Positions 1 through 11,469 of a DNA stretch of 64,000 nt are shown here, in pieces (the stretch's first letter is position 1; each line of letters starts with the position of its first letter). Made by a program: the position numbers and the translations under genes. The notes below the pieces were generated by a model. That model did not search any database and had not been told where the DNA came from. It was given only the letters and a program-made list of their open reading frames with translations. The DNA is from Hypanus sabinus (Eukaryota), in contig NC_082738.1 in assembly GCF_030144855.1 (NCBI RefSeq), positions 8,618,001 to 8,682,000 on the forward strand. Direction: 5' to 3'.

Positions 1-99
1 GAAGAGATCCCAATGATCCAGAAATCTGAAATTCTGCCCCCTGCAACAGTTCTTTAGCCCTGCATTCATCTGCCAAACCATCCTGTTCCTACCCTCAAG

Positions 100-1205
100 A
101 TAAGAGCCCATGGTATTACAGTTAAGATACTCATGTGGATAGAGCATTGGCTGATTGGCAGGAGGTGAATAATGGGAATAAAGGGAGCCTTTTCTGGTTG
201 GCTGCTGGCAACTAGTGGTTTTCCACAGGGTTTGGTGTTGGGACCAATACTTTTTACGTCAACAATTTGGTTGATGGAATTGATGGCTTTGTTGCAAAGT
301 TTACAGACAATACAAATATAGGTAGAGGGGCAGGTAGTTTTCCGGAAGTGGAGAGACTATAGAAGGGCTTAGACAGATTTGGAGAAACGGCAAAAAAGTG
401 GAAAATGGAATTCTGTGTTGAGAGGTGTCTGGTCACCCACTTTAGTAGAAGAAATAAAGGCATAGACTATATTGAAAACAGGCAGAAAATTCAAAAATCT
501 GAGGTGAAAAGGGACTTGGGAGTCCTTGTGCAGGATTCCCTAATGGTTAACTTGCAGGTTGAGTCAATGGTGTGGAAGGCAAATGCAATGTTAGCATTCA
601 TTTCAAGAGGACAAGAATATAAAAGCAAGGATGTAACATTGAGGCTTTGTAACACATTGTTGAGGCCTCACTTGGAGTATTGTGAGGAGTTTTGAGCACT
701 TATCTAAGAAAGGAGAGGATCCAGAGAGTTTACAAGACTGTCCCAGGAATGAAGGGGTTAATGTATGGGGAACCTTTGTTTCATCTATGCCTGTATCACT
801 GGAGTTTGGAACAATAAGAAGGGAACTCATTGAAACCTATCAAATACTGAAAGGCCTAGATAGAGTGGATGTGGAGAAGATTTTTCCTATAGTGGGGGAG
901 CCTATGACTAGAGGCCACAACCTCATAACAGAGGAGCATCCCTTTAGAACAGAGATGAGGAGGAATTTCTTTAGCCAGAGGGTGGTGAATCTGTGGATTC
1001 ATTACCACAGGTGGCTTTGGAGGCCAAGTCATTGGGTGTATTTCAGGCAGAGGTTGATCATTTCTTGATTATTCAGGGCCTGAAAGGTTTTGAGGAGAAG
1101 ATGGGTGAATGGAGTTGATAGGGAAAATGGATTAGTCATGATGGAATGACATAGCAGACTTCGTGCGCTGAATGGCCCAATTCTGCTCCTACCTCTTATG
1201 GTAAA
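100..1205 (+). mobile_element. CR1-clade LINE, 5'-truncated and degenerate (RT C-terminal half and 3' UTR)
   Basis: Frameshifted ORF pieces KANAMLAFISRG, RPHLEYC and RRNFFSQRVVNLW, plus a CR1-type 3' end. Confidence 0.9.
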
Positions 1206-1319
1206 ACAGTATCTATATTTGCAAACTAATGGCACTATAGGCCTGGGCCTCTTGGCTCTGGATTCCTACTTGATAACCGCACACAGTAAAAACATACAGT
1301 CTGGGTTTAATATTATTTG

Positions 1320-2095
1320 CACTGACAGGGGAATGGCTAACTAGTGGAAAATAGAGTTGGGATAAATCAGTCATTTTTGCAATGGCAATTTCTAACTATT
1401 GTGGTACCACAGGGATCAATGCTGGGGTCTTAACTATTTATTATCTATATTAATAACTTGGATGTAAAGATCCAAGATTTGCTGGTGATACAAAGGTAGG
1501 TAGGTTAGCAAGTTATGAGGAGGACACAAAGAGCTTCCAAAGTGATATAGTTAGATTAAGTGAATTTACAAGAAATTAGCAGATGGAGTTTAATATGGGG
1601 AAATTATATGGTTGATCACTTTAGGTGGCAGAATTGACACTAGAAGATATTGTGATACAACTGATCTGTGGTGGGGGGGGGAATCCTGTTGCATGAAGCA
1701 CAAGTGGTTAGGGTGCAAGTACATCAAGTAATTAGGAAGCCTCATGGAATGAGCTAGGGGTATGAGAGAGGTTTAGATGTAACTTTGCAGGGCATTGGTG
1801 AGACTGCATATAGAATTCCAGCTATAGTTTTGATTTCCATATTTGAAGATATGTTGCATTGGAGACCATGTAGATAAGTTCACTCGGCTGATTCCTGGAA
1901 TGAAGGGTTTGACACATGAAGAAAGACTGAGTGGCTTGGGCCAATACTCATTGGAGTGTATGAATGAGAGGTGATTTTATCAAAACAGATCAGATTCTGA
2001 GGAAGAGGAACAGTATGGATACTAAGATGATGTTTTCATGAGAGGGTAAAGTTTTGAGATGAAAGTCTGTCTATGTAAACAAGAGATGAGGAAAC
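1320..2095 (+). mobile_element. Older, highly decayed CR1 RT fragment
   Basis: VPQGS-like ggtaccacagggatca and QMEFN-like cagatggagtttaat remnants, colinear with the other CR1 copies. Confidence 0.75.
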
Positions 2096-2249
2096 AAGAA
2101 AGAATGGGAAATAATTACAGTGTCCAAATGTGTAAAGCTGATAGAGACCTATCCACACAGACTCAAGGCTGTAATTGCTGTCAAAGGTGCATCTACTAAA
2201 TATTGAATTGAAGGGGGTGAGTAATTATGCAATCAATTATTTTGTGTTT
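2096..2249 (+). mobile_element. Tc1-like transposase C-terminal remnant
   Basis: KKEWEIITVSKCVKLIETYPHRLKAVIAVKGASTKY-stop, a typical Tc1 C-terminus. Confidence 0.85.
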
Positions 2250-3599
2250 CAAGGATTCAAGGTCTGACCCTTGATGGGGGTGATTGTATGATTGCAGAGC
2301 AGCAGTGATAAGAGGGGATGGGTGAATGGTGTGGGTGCAGTGTGAGGTGGGTCAGAAAGATGACAGGCAAGTTGGGAGCTTGCCTTTCAAGGATCCCAAT
2401 GTATCGGTGCATGGAACAATGATGGTCTACTCTTGGACAGTGTAGTCCAAATTCCCCAGCAGGTTGCTAAAGGAGGGTTGCATGGGAATGGTATAGAAAT
2501 AGTTTTGGAAATGAAAAGGTGAATCATGTCAGATGAATTCTGGAGTGAAGTAGTTACATTTTGATCTGGGGAAAATATCCATTTTCAAACGATTATCTTA
2601 TGCAATTCAATGTTTGCGACAATGTGTCCGGCATCGTGGCTATGTGTATTGTGAAGTATTGGCAGCTTGTCTTAACCCAGTAAGTGAGTAAAATGTGCAT
2701 ATGCTTGAGTGTTAGTGGAAGTTGGTGGAAGTTATAGGAAGATATCCAGAAAATGAAAACCCACAGAAAACTCTGGCTATTCGAAAAATCGTTCGACGAT
2801 TTTTTTGAAGTATCAGGGGAAAAACTGAACTTAACTGATTGAATGAAAATCAGAAGGTGTTTTCATCACTCAGCCAATCATGAACACTTTCCCAGAAATA
2901 AATAATTGGCTTTTAAACATGACAGGCATCGGCCAGTTGTACCACTGTTGGTGTGTATTTCATTTTCGATGCCCAAGAAATCTTTGAACAGATTGACAGA
3001 TTGAATAATGATAGATTTTCCTGATAGTTCCTCAGCAAAGAAAAGACATCTCTGGAAAATCAGCCTTTCTTGGGCCGTGGTTACCACCAGAGGGTCACAA
3101 ATGTCTCATTTATTCTTCTTGCTGTGTTTATAATCATACAGCAAACAGCTTTCCCAAAATAATGCTCAAGCCCTCATATTAACAAAAGAGTTAAAATATG
3201 AAAATTATACGGCTGTGATTTAATGAGCTGGGATGGATGATTTATATGTGGAGTGATGGAATCATGGAATGAAATAGCATCTTGTATAGTTTCCTGTGGA
3301 CCTCACAAATTATTTCTGCAGTTAATTCACATAACAACTTAGTGTTTCAACTACGGTTGTATTATTTATCTTTGGCTGAACCAGTTATGCACAAGGTTGT
3401 ATAAAATCATCATTATTACATAACAACATTGGCATATAAAAAAAGCTTTATTCACCCACTGGAGCGTGCATTGCGTTCATTAAGATCGTGCATGACCCAC
3501 AGCACAGTTCTGCTGTCCTTTTGCCCCTCAGCTCTTTTGTAATTTAAATGGATTTCCCTTCCCACCTTGAATACAGCACCAATAAAAAGCATTCACAGA

Positions 3600-4003
3600 A
3601 GTCTTCTTCTGTGGGACATATCTATCCTGCGCCTTGTGAACTATTCCCAGAAACTTCAGCTCTCTCTGCTCTGCTGCCATCCCTGCTAGTATCCCCCTCC
3701 AATCCACCTGGGCAATCTCCTCTCTCATGCCTCTGTAATTCCCTTTATTCCACTGTGATACTGATACATCTGACTTGTGCTTCTCCCTCTCAGATTGCAG
3801 TATGAATTCAATCCTAAGGGTTCCTTTACATTAAGCTCCCTAATAAGATCTGGGTTATTATACACCACCCAATCTAAGATAGCCTTTCCTCGAGTGAGCT
3901 CAAGCACAACTTGCTCTAAAAAGCCATTTCATAGACATTCAACAAATTTCCTCTCTTGCAATCCGACACCAGTCTGATTTTCTCAATCCCCTTGCATATT
4001 GAA
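3600..4003 (-). mobile_element. CR1 ORF2 fragment (endonuclease end and linker)
   Basis: TRGKAILDWVVYNNPDLIRELNVKEPLG and MREEIAQVDW on the minus strand. Confidence 0.85.
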
Positions 4004-4203
4004 GTACTTATGGAATCAATTATTTTGTGTTTTACATTTGTAATTTCGATCACTTTGTAGAGATCTCTTTTCACTTTGACACAAAAGAGTCTTTTTCTGT
4101 TGATCAGTGTCAAAAAAGCCAAATTAAATCCTCTGTGATTCAATATTGTAAAACAATAGAACACAAAAACTTCTGGGGGGGGGGATTACTTTTTTAGGCA
4201 CTA
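4004..4203 (+). mobile_element. Tc1-like right terminal region
   Basis: Ends gattactttttttaggcact, resembling the Tc1 ends at 24667 and 57523. Overlaps the 2221-2249 sequence. Confidence 0.7.
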
Positions 4204-4966
4204 TAATTCTCCCAATCCTCTTGTTTTCACAAATTCCAGAGTATCCCTCCCTGACCCTCTGAACTTCTCAAATAGCAGCACTTCCAACCCTCTGATTCTC
4301 CTGACTGCCTGGATTTTCCCTTCCAGCTCCTCTGATCCTTCTAACCATTGAGTCCCATGATCTCTCAATGTGAAGGTCAATCTCCTAACACCCTATTCAC
4401 CTCACGGTTACGTCCTACAATATCCTCAACCTCCTTCCAATCCTAGTCCCTGCTCTCATTCTCCTCCACAGTTATTCTCCCTTCTCCCCTCAGCTCTCTG
4501 CTCCTAAATGTATCTTTAGGTGATCGTTGGAGTTGATGTATGTTCCACCTATAACAATAATAGAACACAGAAGTTTTGTTCAAACCCAACAGCAAGGAAC
4601 ACACAACATGTACCTCATTGGATGTACAGTGGATTCTGGTTAATTGGGACACATCAAGACCAATACATATTGGCGTAACTAAGCGACTGCCCCAATTTGC
4701 CAACGTTTCATGGAAATAGTTAAAAATAGAGAAACTAATGTTTAACTGAGTAACAAATTATGTTTTTAAATGAAGTACCGAAGAGATTGAAACACCGAAG
4801 AGATTGAAGAGAATGCTACTACAGTACTGTAAAAACAATGCCACGTCAGTTCCTAATAGTCATTGACAGAGGAATTAATCCAATGTACAGTGATGTGCTC
4901 TTTTGATTGACTGTAAATGAACAAAATTAGCACAGATACCTAGTGCAGATAATGAACTGCCTTCAT

Positions 4967-5330
4967 TGAAATGAATTGACTTTATTTCTTACATCCTTCC
5001 CATACACAAGGAGTAAAAATCTTTACGTTACGTCTCCATCTAAATGTGCAATGTGCAATCATAGCAATTTATAATAAATAGTACAGTCAATGTAACATAG
5101 ATACACTCAAATCAGCTTGAGTTAATCAGTCTGATGGCCTGGTGGAAGAAGCTGTCCCGGAGCCTGTTGCTGGGTCAAGGCCAAGGTCTCTGAGCTTCTT
5201 GTCGAGTCTGGATGGAACTACGGTGTTGAATGCTGAGCTGTAGTCCAAGAACAGCATTCTCACATAAGCATCCTTCTTCTCCAGATGTGTAAGGACAGTA
5301 TGTAGAGCTGTGGCTATTGCGTCGTCTGTC
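4967..5330 (-). mobile_element. Rex1/Babar-type LINE fragment with an internal deletion
   Basis: [42 protein letters not shown] joined directly to the element 3' end with a tcaat-like tail. Confidence 0.8.
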
Positions 5331-5387
5331 AATACAATGTTTTCAGCAATTGCATCTTCCAAAACTTAATTTTTATTGTAACATTCA

Positions 5388-6276
5388 AGATGGTTACGCG
5401 GGTTGACTCTATGGTTAAGAAGGCATACGGTGCATTGCCCTTCATCATTCGTGGGATTGAGTTTAAGAGCCGAGAGGTAATGTTGCAGCTATATAGGACC
5501 CTGGTCAGACCCCACTTGGAGTACTGTGCTCAATTCTGGTTGCCTCACTATAGGAAGGATGTGGAAACCATAGAAAGGGTGCAAAGGAGATTTACAAGGA
5601 TGTTGCCTAGTTTGGGGAGCATGCCTTATGAGAATAGATAGAGTGAACTCGGCCTTTTCTCCTTGGAGCGACGGAGGATGAGAGGTGACCTGATAGAGGT
5701 GTTGTATCCAGAGATATCGGCCACGTGACAGATGCACTGCCAGCTGGCTGGTCGGAGGACACACCACATGCCAATCAACATTTGCTCCCTCCCAACTAAT
5801 CAATGCACAGCTAAATTATTGGTCACCTTAATTGAATTATCGCGCCCAGCCCCATGCTATAAAAGGTGAGACTTGTCCCTGGATCGACCTCTCTTACAGA
5901 CCACCTCATTGAAGGTAAGTGCATTGATTTATGTTTGGGCAAGTCTATCGTTTGTCCTGGTAAGGGAGCCGCAGCTATTCAAGGTCAAGGGGGATAGCCG
6001 CCATAGTGCTTTACCCTTGTTCTTTGTATGTGTAACTGTACCCTGTCCCCACACCGCTTCCTGTGTATTGTAGTTGCTTGTGTTGACCCGACTTCCCCTT
6101 TAGTAATAAATTCCTTATTATTAAAACTGTGTGTGTCCAGGCCTCTACTGTTGAGACTCAAAAGAACCAGTTATTTCCATCACAACATGTGTACAAGATA
6201 ATGAGAGGCATTGATGGTATGGATAGTCAGGGGCTTTTTCCCAGGGCTGAAATGACTAGCATGAGAGGGCATAGTT
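5388..6276 (+). mobile_element. CR1 ORF2 3' fragment split by a solo LTR
   Basis: VRPHLEYCAQFWLPHYRKDVETIERVQRRFTRM. The RGDLIEV|YKIMRG frame is interrupted at 5703-6187. Confidence 0.9.
5703..6187 (+). mobile_element. Solo LTR (endogenous retrovirus or Gypsy-like)
   Basis: TG...CA termini, flanking ggtgt/tgtgt duplication (left end ambiguous by 3 nt), TATAAAA at 5858, AATAAA at 6105. Removing it restores the CR1 sequence atagaggtgtacaag. Confidence 0.8.
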
Positions 6277-6775
6277 GGAGGAACAACACCTTATATTCTG
6301 TTTGGGCAGCCTCCAAACTAATGACATGAACATCGATTTCTCAAACTTCTGTAACGCCCCCCCCCCCCCATTCACCATTCCCCATTCCCCCATCCCCTTT
6401 TCCCTCTCTCACCTTATCTCCTCACCTGCCCATCGCCTTCCTCTGGTGCTCCTCCTCCTTTACTTTCTTCCATAGCCTTCTGTCCTCTCCTATCAGATTC
6501 CCTTTTCTCCAGCCCTTTATCTCTTTCACCAATCAACTTCCCAGCACTTTACTTTGCTCCTCCCCCTCCTGGTTTTACCTATCACCTTGTGTTTCTCTCC
6601 GCCCTCCCTGCACCTTTTAAATCTACTCCTCAGTTTTTTCCAGATCTGCTGAAGGTTCTCGGCCCGAAATGTCGACCTTGCTCTTTTCCATGGGTGCTGC
6701 CTGGCCTGCTGAGTTCCTCCAGCATTTTGTGTGTGTTGCTTGGATTTCCAACATCTGCAGATTTTCTCTTGTTTG
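6277..6775 (+). mobile_element. Penelope-like element 3' end / pLTR
   Basis: EEQHLIFCLGSLQTNDMNIDFSNF (GIY-YIG C-terminus), a pyrimidine-rich UTR and a decayed hammerhead motif at 6641-6677. Confidence 0.8.
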
Positions 6776-7613
6776 CTATTTAAAAACTGTTTGCTCAAAG
6801 CACGATGTAGTGTCTAATGGCCACACAATGTATACATGACTGGTTCTAGTTACAAAATGTTTAGCAACAGCCTCCTGCCCCAATTAAGTGGCAGAGAATC
6901 CAAAATAAATGAAAGGATTCCTGGCTATTTTCTCGATTTGTTTTTGTTCTATAAGAGTTATCTCCAAATTAGTGACTGTCCTGATTAACCAATGGTTCAA
7001 TTAACTGGAAACCACAGTATATTTACATATATCACTGCATCCTGTGAACATGATGCCAAGTACACTAGACGGCTCTCCCTCTTTACAGAAAACACTTTAA
7101 GTACTACATAGTGTGGCAGGCAGTGAATACAGATTCAGCCTATTCACTAGTTTCCTTAGTTAGAACAACCTCCTCAATTGTCTCTGATGTTGTCCACAGC
7201 CAGAAGAACCGACTGACTTGACTCACTGCTGTTTTGTGCCTCATCACAGTTGTTCACTCCGTAAAGTGCAGACCCTGAGGAGAGCATTATGCAGTGATGT
7301 AGATTTTGTGCTCAAAGCTGTTTCCATCCCCTTATAGGAGAAGCTCCCCAATGATTGCCCTTCTGCCAGCGTGTGTAAATGTGTTGTGCAACAAGGTGCT
7401 CTAGCAACTTTTTATTTACCTGCACTTTCACTGTAGGTGTTAGACTTTATTCTGCATTATTATTGTTTTAACTTGTTCTACATTGTGTAATGATTTGATC
7501 TGTGTGAACAGTACGCAAGACAAACTTTCCACTCTATCTCAGTGCCAGTGACAATAATAAACTAATTCCAGTTTCAAAATCAATTCAAAATCGATGTGTT
7601 ATTTTTCCTTTAG

Positions 7614-7787
7614 AGATCTACACCATCCAGGGGAACTCCCACGGGAAGCCCTGCACCATCCCATTTATATACGACAGCCATTGGTTCCATGACTGCACCG
7701 TCATTGGGCGGGAAGATGGCCACTTTTGGTGTGCAACGACGGTGGACTACGGGAAGGATGAAAGATGGGGATTCTGTCCCATCGCAA
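7614..7787 (+). CDS. MRC2: MRC2 exon: fibronectin type II collagen-binding domain
   Basis: tttcctttag acceptor and gtgagt donor. Translates (E)IYTIQGNSHGKPCTIPFIYDSHWFHDCTVIGREDGHFWCATTVDYGKDERWGFCPIA, matching recalled human MRC2 EVYTIQGNSHGKPCTIPF...DYGKDERWGFCPI. Phase 1-1. Confidence 0.97.
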
Positions 7788-8723
7788 GTGAGTGAGCTTC
7801 ACTGTGCAAGGAGGGGAACCTCTCCGTGCTCCGCCACACAGTCCAAGTCTCTGTCTTTCTTCCTTTCTCTGGTGAGAAGCTCTTTGAGAGAGTTCACTGC
7901 AGAGTTTCTAGTTAGACCATCTTTAGCTATTCCCTGACAGTTTGACACATCTCATAATGTGAAACTTTATTCAAACTCTTAGCAGTTTACCTGGAGCCAT
8001 GCAGGTTTATGCCTCCAAAGAAATTTGAAGAGATTTATAGTTTGCTTTTCATATCATTTCTCTTAGGTACAAATGTGAATCTTATGGTACAACTGACTTA
8101 TTTCAGAGATTGCATGCAAGGAAACTTCAAAATGCAAACTGTGTGCTAGAAATCTGTAGTGTCTGGGACATGAGCCAAGTAATGGCTTTATGGCTGGACA
8201 CCCAAGTTTGCGAGAATCGTAGTCCGAACCATGCCAAAGGAAGATTTATGACTCTCTCATAGGTTGCAGAGCTGAGAGGGCAGCTCTGCCTCCAGGCAGC
8301 TGTGACGGTTCAAGCTGACCTTCTGCTGGAAAGTGTATGTGTTTATGTGTCTGTGGATGTTATGTGAGGGCAATGTTGGGTTTGGCCCAGAGGCTCACTG
8401 GCTGAGACTGATGTGCCAGGTTGGCACACAAAGAATGGCCAATTGTGTGAGGCGGGAGCTGGCACCACCGAGTGAGCACCCGAAGCCTGAGAGAGACAGT
8501 GAGGCGCGATTGGGAAAGGAGAATAAGCCTTTGTGCCCTCTTTTGCCCACGAGAGTTCTTACAGACTTCTGTGCAATATTTACATGTAACTTTGTCAGGT
8601 TTCAACCCACCATATCCAAGGGCTTGTATATTCCAGTGGGATCTGCACCTCCCAGCATTTCTACCATTAAATTGTGCATTGTATGAGACTCTTGACTAAG
8701 AGACTACCCTTCTCTGCCTGCAG

Positions 8724-8888
8724 GTGATGACTGTGAGACCTTCTGGGACAAGGACCCACTGACCAACAGCTGTTACCAGTTCAACTTCCAGTCAACACTG
8801 TCATGGAGCGAGGCTCGCACCAGCTGCCAGCAACAGAATTCCGATCTCCTCAGTATCACCGAACTCCATGAGCAGACCTACATCAATG
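8724..8888 (+). CDS. MRC2: MRC2 exon: CTLD1 N-terminal part
   Basis: ctgcag/gtacag boundaries. (S)DDCETFWDKDPLTNSCYQFNFQSTLSWSEARTSCQQQNSDLLSITELHEQTYIN. Phase 1-1. Confidence 0.97.
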
Positions 8889-9004
8889 GTACAGCCGTGA
8901 CACCTGCACACTACTCCTCTGCCAGTTACAAGATTCTGGGTTCAAGTCCCTTCCCAGGGACTTAAACACATCATCTGGACTCTCAATGCAGCACAGAAGG
9001 CAGG

Positions 9005-9290
9005 AAAATAGGAGCAGGAATGAGCCACCAAGCCCTCAAGCCTGCCCTGCTATTTCATAAGATTATGGCTGATCTGTGCTGGCCTCAACTCCTCATGCCA
9101 ATTCCCCGTAGAGGCCTTTCCTTGATCTTTCGCATATTTATCTATCTCTATCTTCAATAAATCTAATGATTTGGCCTCCACCATCCTTACAGACAGAGAA
9201 TTCCAAAGTTTCACTAACCCCTGAGAGAATAACAAAATCTTGGCACCTCAGTTTTAGGTGACTGTCCCCAAATTTGCTAGTTATGCACCT
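9005..9290 (-). mobile_element. CR1 3' end fragment
   Basis: FSQGLVKLWNSL ... KIEIDKY on the minus strand. Confidence 0.75.
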
Positions 9291-9809
9291 TTGTCATCAT
9301 GCAACCAAGAAAATACAGTAAAAATTAAGATCACTTACCCCTCTGACTTGTTCTGCCATTCATCAGATCATAGTTCTTCTGCTTGTAACTTCAAATGTAC
9401 ATTCCCTATCACCATCTGAAGCCTTTCATACCCTTGCTTGTCATGTTTCTTTGAATATCCATCTTACACACATTAAATCATATACATTTACAGATCTTTG
9501 AGAAGAATAGTTCCAAACATCCACAACCCTCAGGGAAAACATTTCATTTTTCTATCAGCTGGGTGGGCACTTACTGTTAAACAATGATGACTCGTTCTGT
9601 AGATTGGTAAATTGGTTTATTATAGTCACCTGTACTGAGGTACAGTGAAAAATGTTGTTTTGCACGCCATCCATACAGAACAGTTCGTCACATTGAGGTA
9701 GTACCAGGGGAAAGCAATAACAGAATGCAAAGTAAGTTACTATACTTTAATAATGTGCAAAAGTGCAGTGCAGGAATTCTTTGAATCATAGAATCTAGAT
9801 TTAAAAGAG

Positions 9810-10200
9810 GTTGTTTGTTCATTATGTACTGTGTTGTTTGACATGGGTGGGCATTCGTGATCTTCCCATGACCATGATTGTTCTTGACAAATTTTTCTAC
9901 AGAAGTAGTTTGCCATTGTCTTCTTCTGGGCTGTGTCTTTACAAGATGGGTGACACCAGCCATTATCAATACTCTTCAGAGATTGTCTGTCTGGTGTCAG
10001 TGATCACATAACCAGGACTTGTGATATGCACCAGCTGCTCGTACGACCATCCACCACCTGCTCCCATGGATTCACGTGATCCTGATCGAGGGGCCAAGCT
10101 GGTGCTACACCTTGCCCAAGGGTGACCTGCAGGCTAGCAGAGGGAAGGAGTGCCTTACACCTCCTTTGGTAGAGACCTATCTCCACTTCACCACCCCATT
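9810..10200 (-). mobile_element. RTE-related short interspersed repeat; second copy at about 63165-63497
   Basis: Minus-strand gaagaagacaatggcaaactacttctgtagaaaaatttg resembles the RTE/BovA-type 5' motif. A homologous copy lies at the end of the window. Confidence 0.6.
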
Positions 10201-11457
10201 TTAAAGTGTAGGTGATGATATAGTGACTGGGTCTGCATGAGGGGAAAAATCCTCTCCACATCTACCCTTTCAAAACCCATTAGGGTCTTGTGCTTCAATG
10301 AAATCCCCTCTGCTCTGACTGAAACTTGTTCTTTTTAAGTGTACCTTAAACCAGGTTTCCTGTGGCCATTTCTGGTGCAGCAGTTGGGATGTTGCTGATT
10401 GTAGTGGAGTTCTCCCACTTCTGGTCAATGTCAATAAAACAGCTGTTCTAGTCATTGATATTGTGGAGTTTGCTGCTAGAATTCCTACACTGTCATCAAC
10501 GATTATCCATCAGAGAAGTGGTTTGGGCTGTCTTAACATTGCAAGTTCTTTTGCCCCCCCCCCCCCAACCTTTTCTTTGTTCAGTGCATGGTGTGCGTGG
10601 TAGCTGCAGGCATGGTTAGAATTACAAATGGATTATATAGCACAGATGAAAGCAAGAATTTAAATTTGTATAGCAGCTGTCAGATGCAATGCAGCTTCAA
10701 AGCCAACAAGTTACTTTTGAAGCAAAGCCACTGGTGTTGATTCATTGATTGATTGAGTGACTGAGATCCTGTGAGGAGTCGGCCCTTCCAACTCTTTGAG
10801 CTGCACTGCCCAGCAATTCCCAGAGTTAATCCCAGACTATTCACGGGATAATTTACAATGACCAATTACCGTACCAACCAGAGTGTCTTGGGAAACCAGA
10901 GCACCAGAGAAAACTCTTGCGGTCACGGGGAGAACAGGCAGCGGCTGGAATTGAAGCCGTACTGTAAAGCACTGTGCTAACCACTACCTTGCCGCCCACG
11001 GTTTTGAAGAGATGCGAGGTAGCTAATCGCAGGTTTAAACTCTTCCTGTTCCCGCCATCCCACTGAAATAATCAAATAATCTTCGACCTCTGGACCAGGA
11101 GGCACCAAACTAAATGGCAGGAATGGCTTGGGATGTGAGGCTGTGGGGTGGGGTGGTGCAGGAGAGAGAGAGAGAGATAGGTTATGATGCTAGAACTTAC
11201 ATTTCTGGCAGTGCGGGTGTTGAAAAATTGCGACCAATTGGCTTAGAGAGGTCCAAGGTCATTTAGCTGCTGATACTGCTCCTCATTGAGGTCAGTCAAT
11301 CCTCTTACTGCGATGTCCACACTGGTTTCCAATACATTATGTAAATTGGAGGAGCCAGCACAGGTTGCTTCTATTAGAGATATTGTGGTATCGTTTCCCA
11401 CTGCTCTCGCTGTAGTATTTTTGTATGTTTTTTTAATGTTTTCTTTTCCACTCAGCT

Positions 11458-11469
11458 GGTCACGTGACC
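11458..11469. promoter_or_regulatory. Perfect palindromic extended E-box GGTCACGTGACC (CLEAR/USF-type)
   Basis: 12-bp palindrome with an intact CpG, abutting a CAGCTG E-box in non-repeat intronic DNA. Function is unproven. Confidence 0.35.

Larger units (their letters stand above)
4627..7017. mobile_element. Non-autonomous pogo/Tigger-like DNA transposon interrupted by nested insertions
   Basis: TA|cagtggattctggttaattgg ... caattaactggaaaccacag|TA: degenerate TIRs with TA flanks. A related internal piece occurs at 38520-38745. Confidence 0.75.

Noticed and set aside
2780-2809. Small hairpin aaaaatcgt-tcg-acgattttt followed by a T-run (terminator-like)
   Set aside because: It has only a 9-bp AT-rich stem and sits in a eukaryotic intron, with no supporting evidence.
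1-7613. MRC2 ricin/cysteine-rich exon
   Set aside because: No recognisable QRWKW/CLG-type sequence was found. It is presumably upstream of the window.
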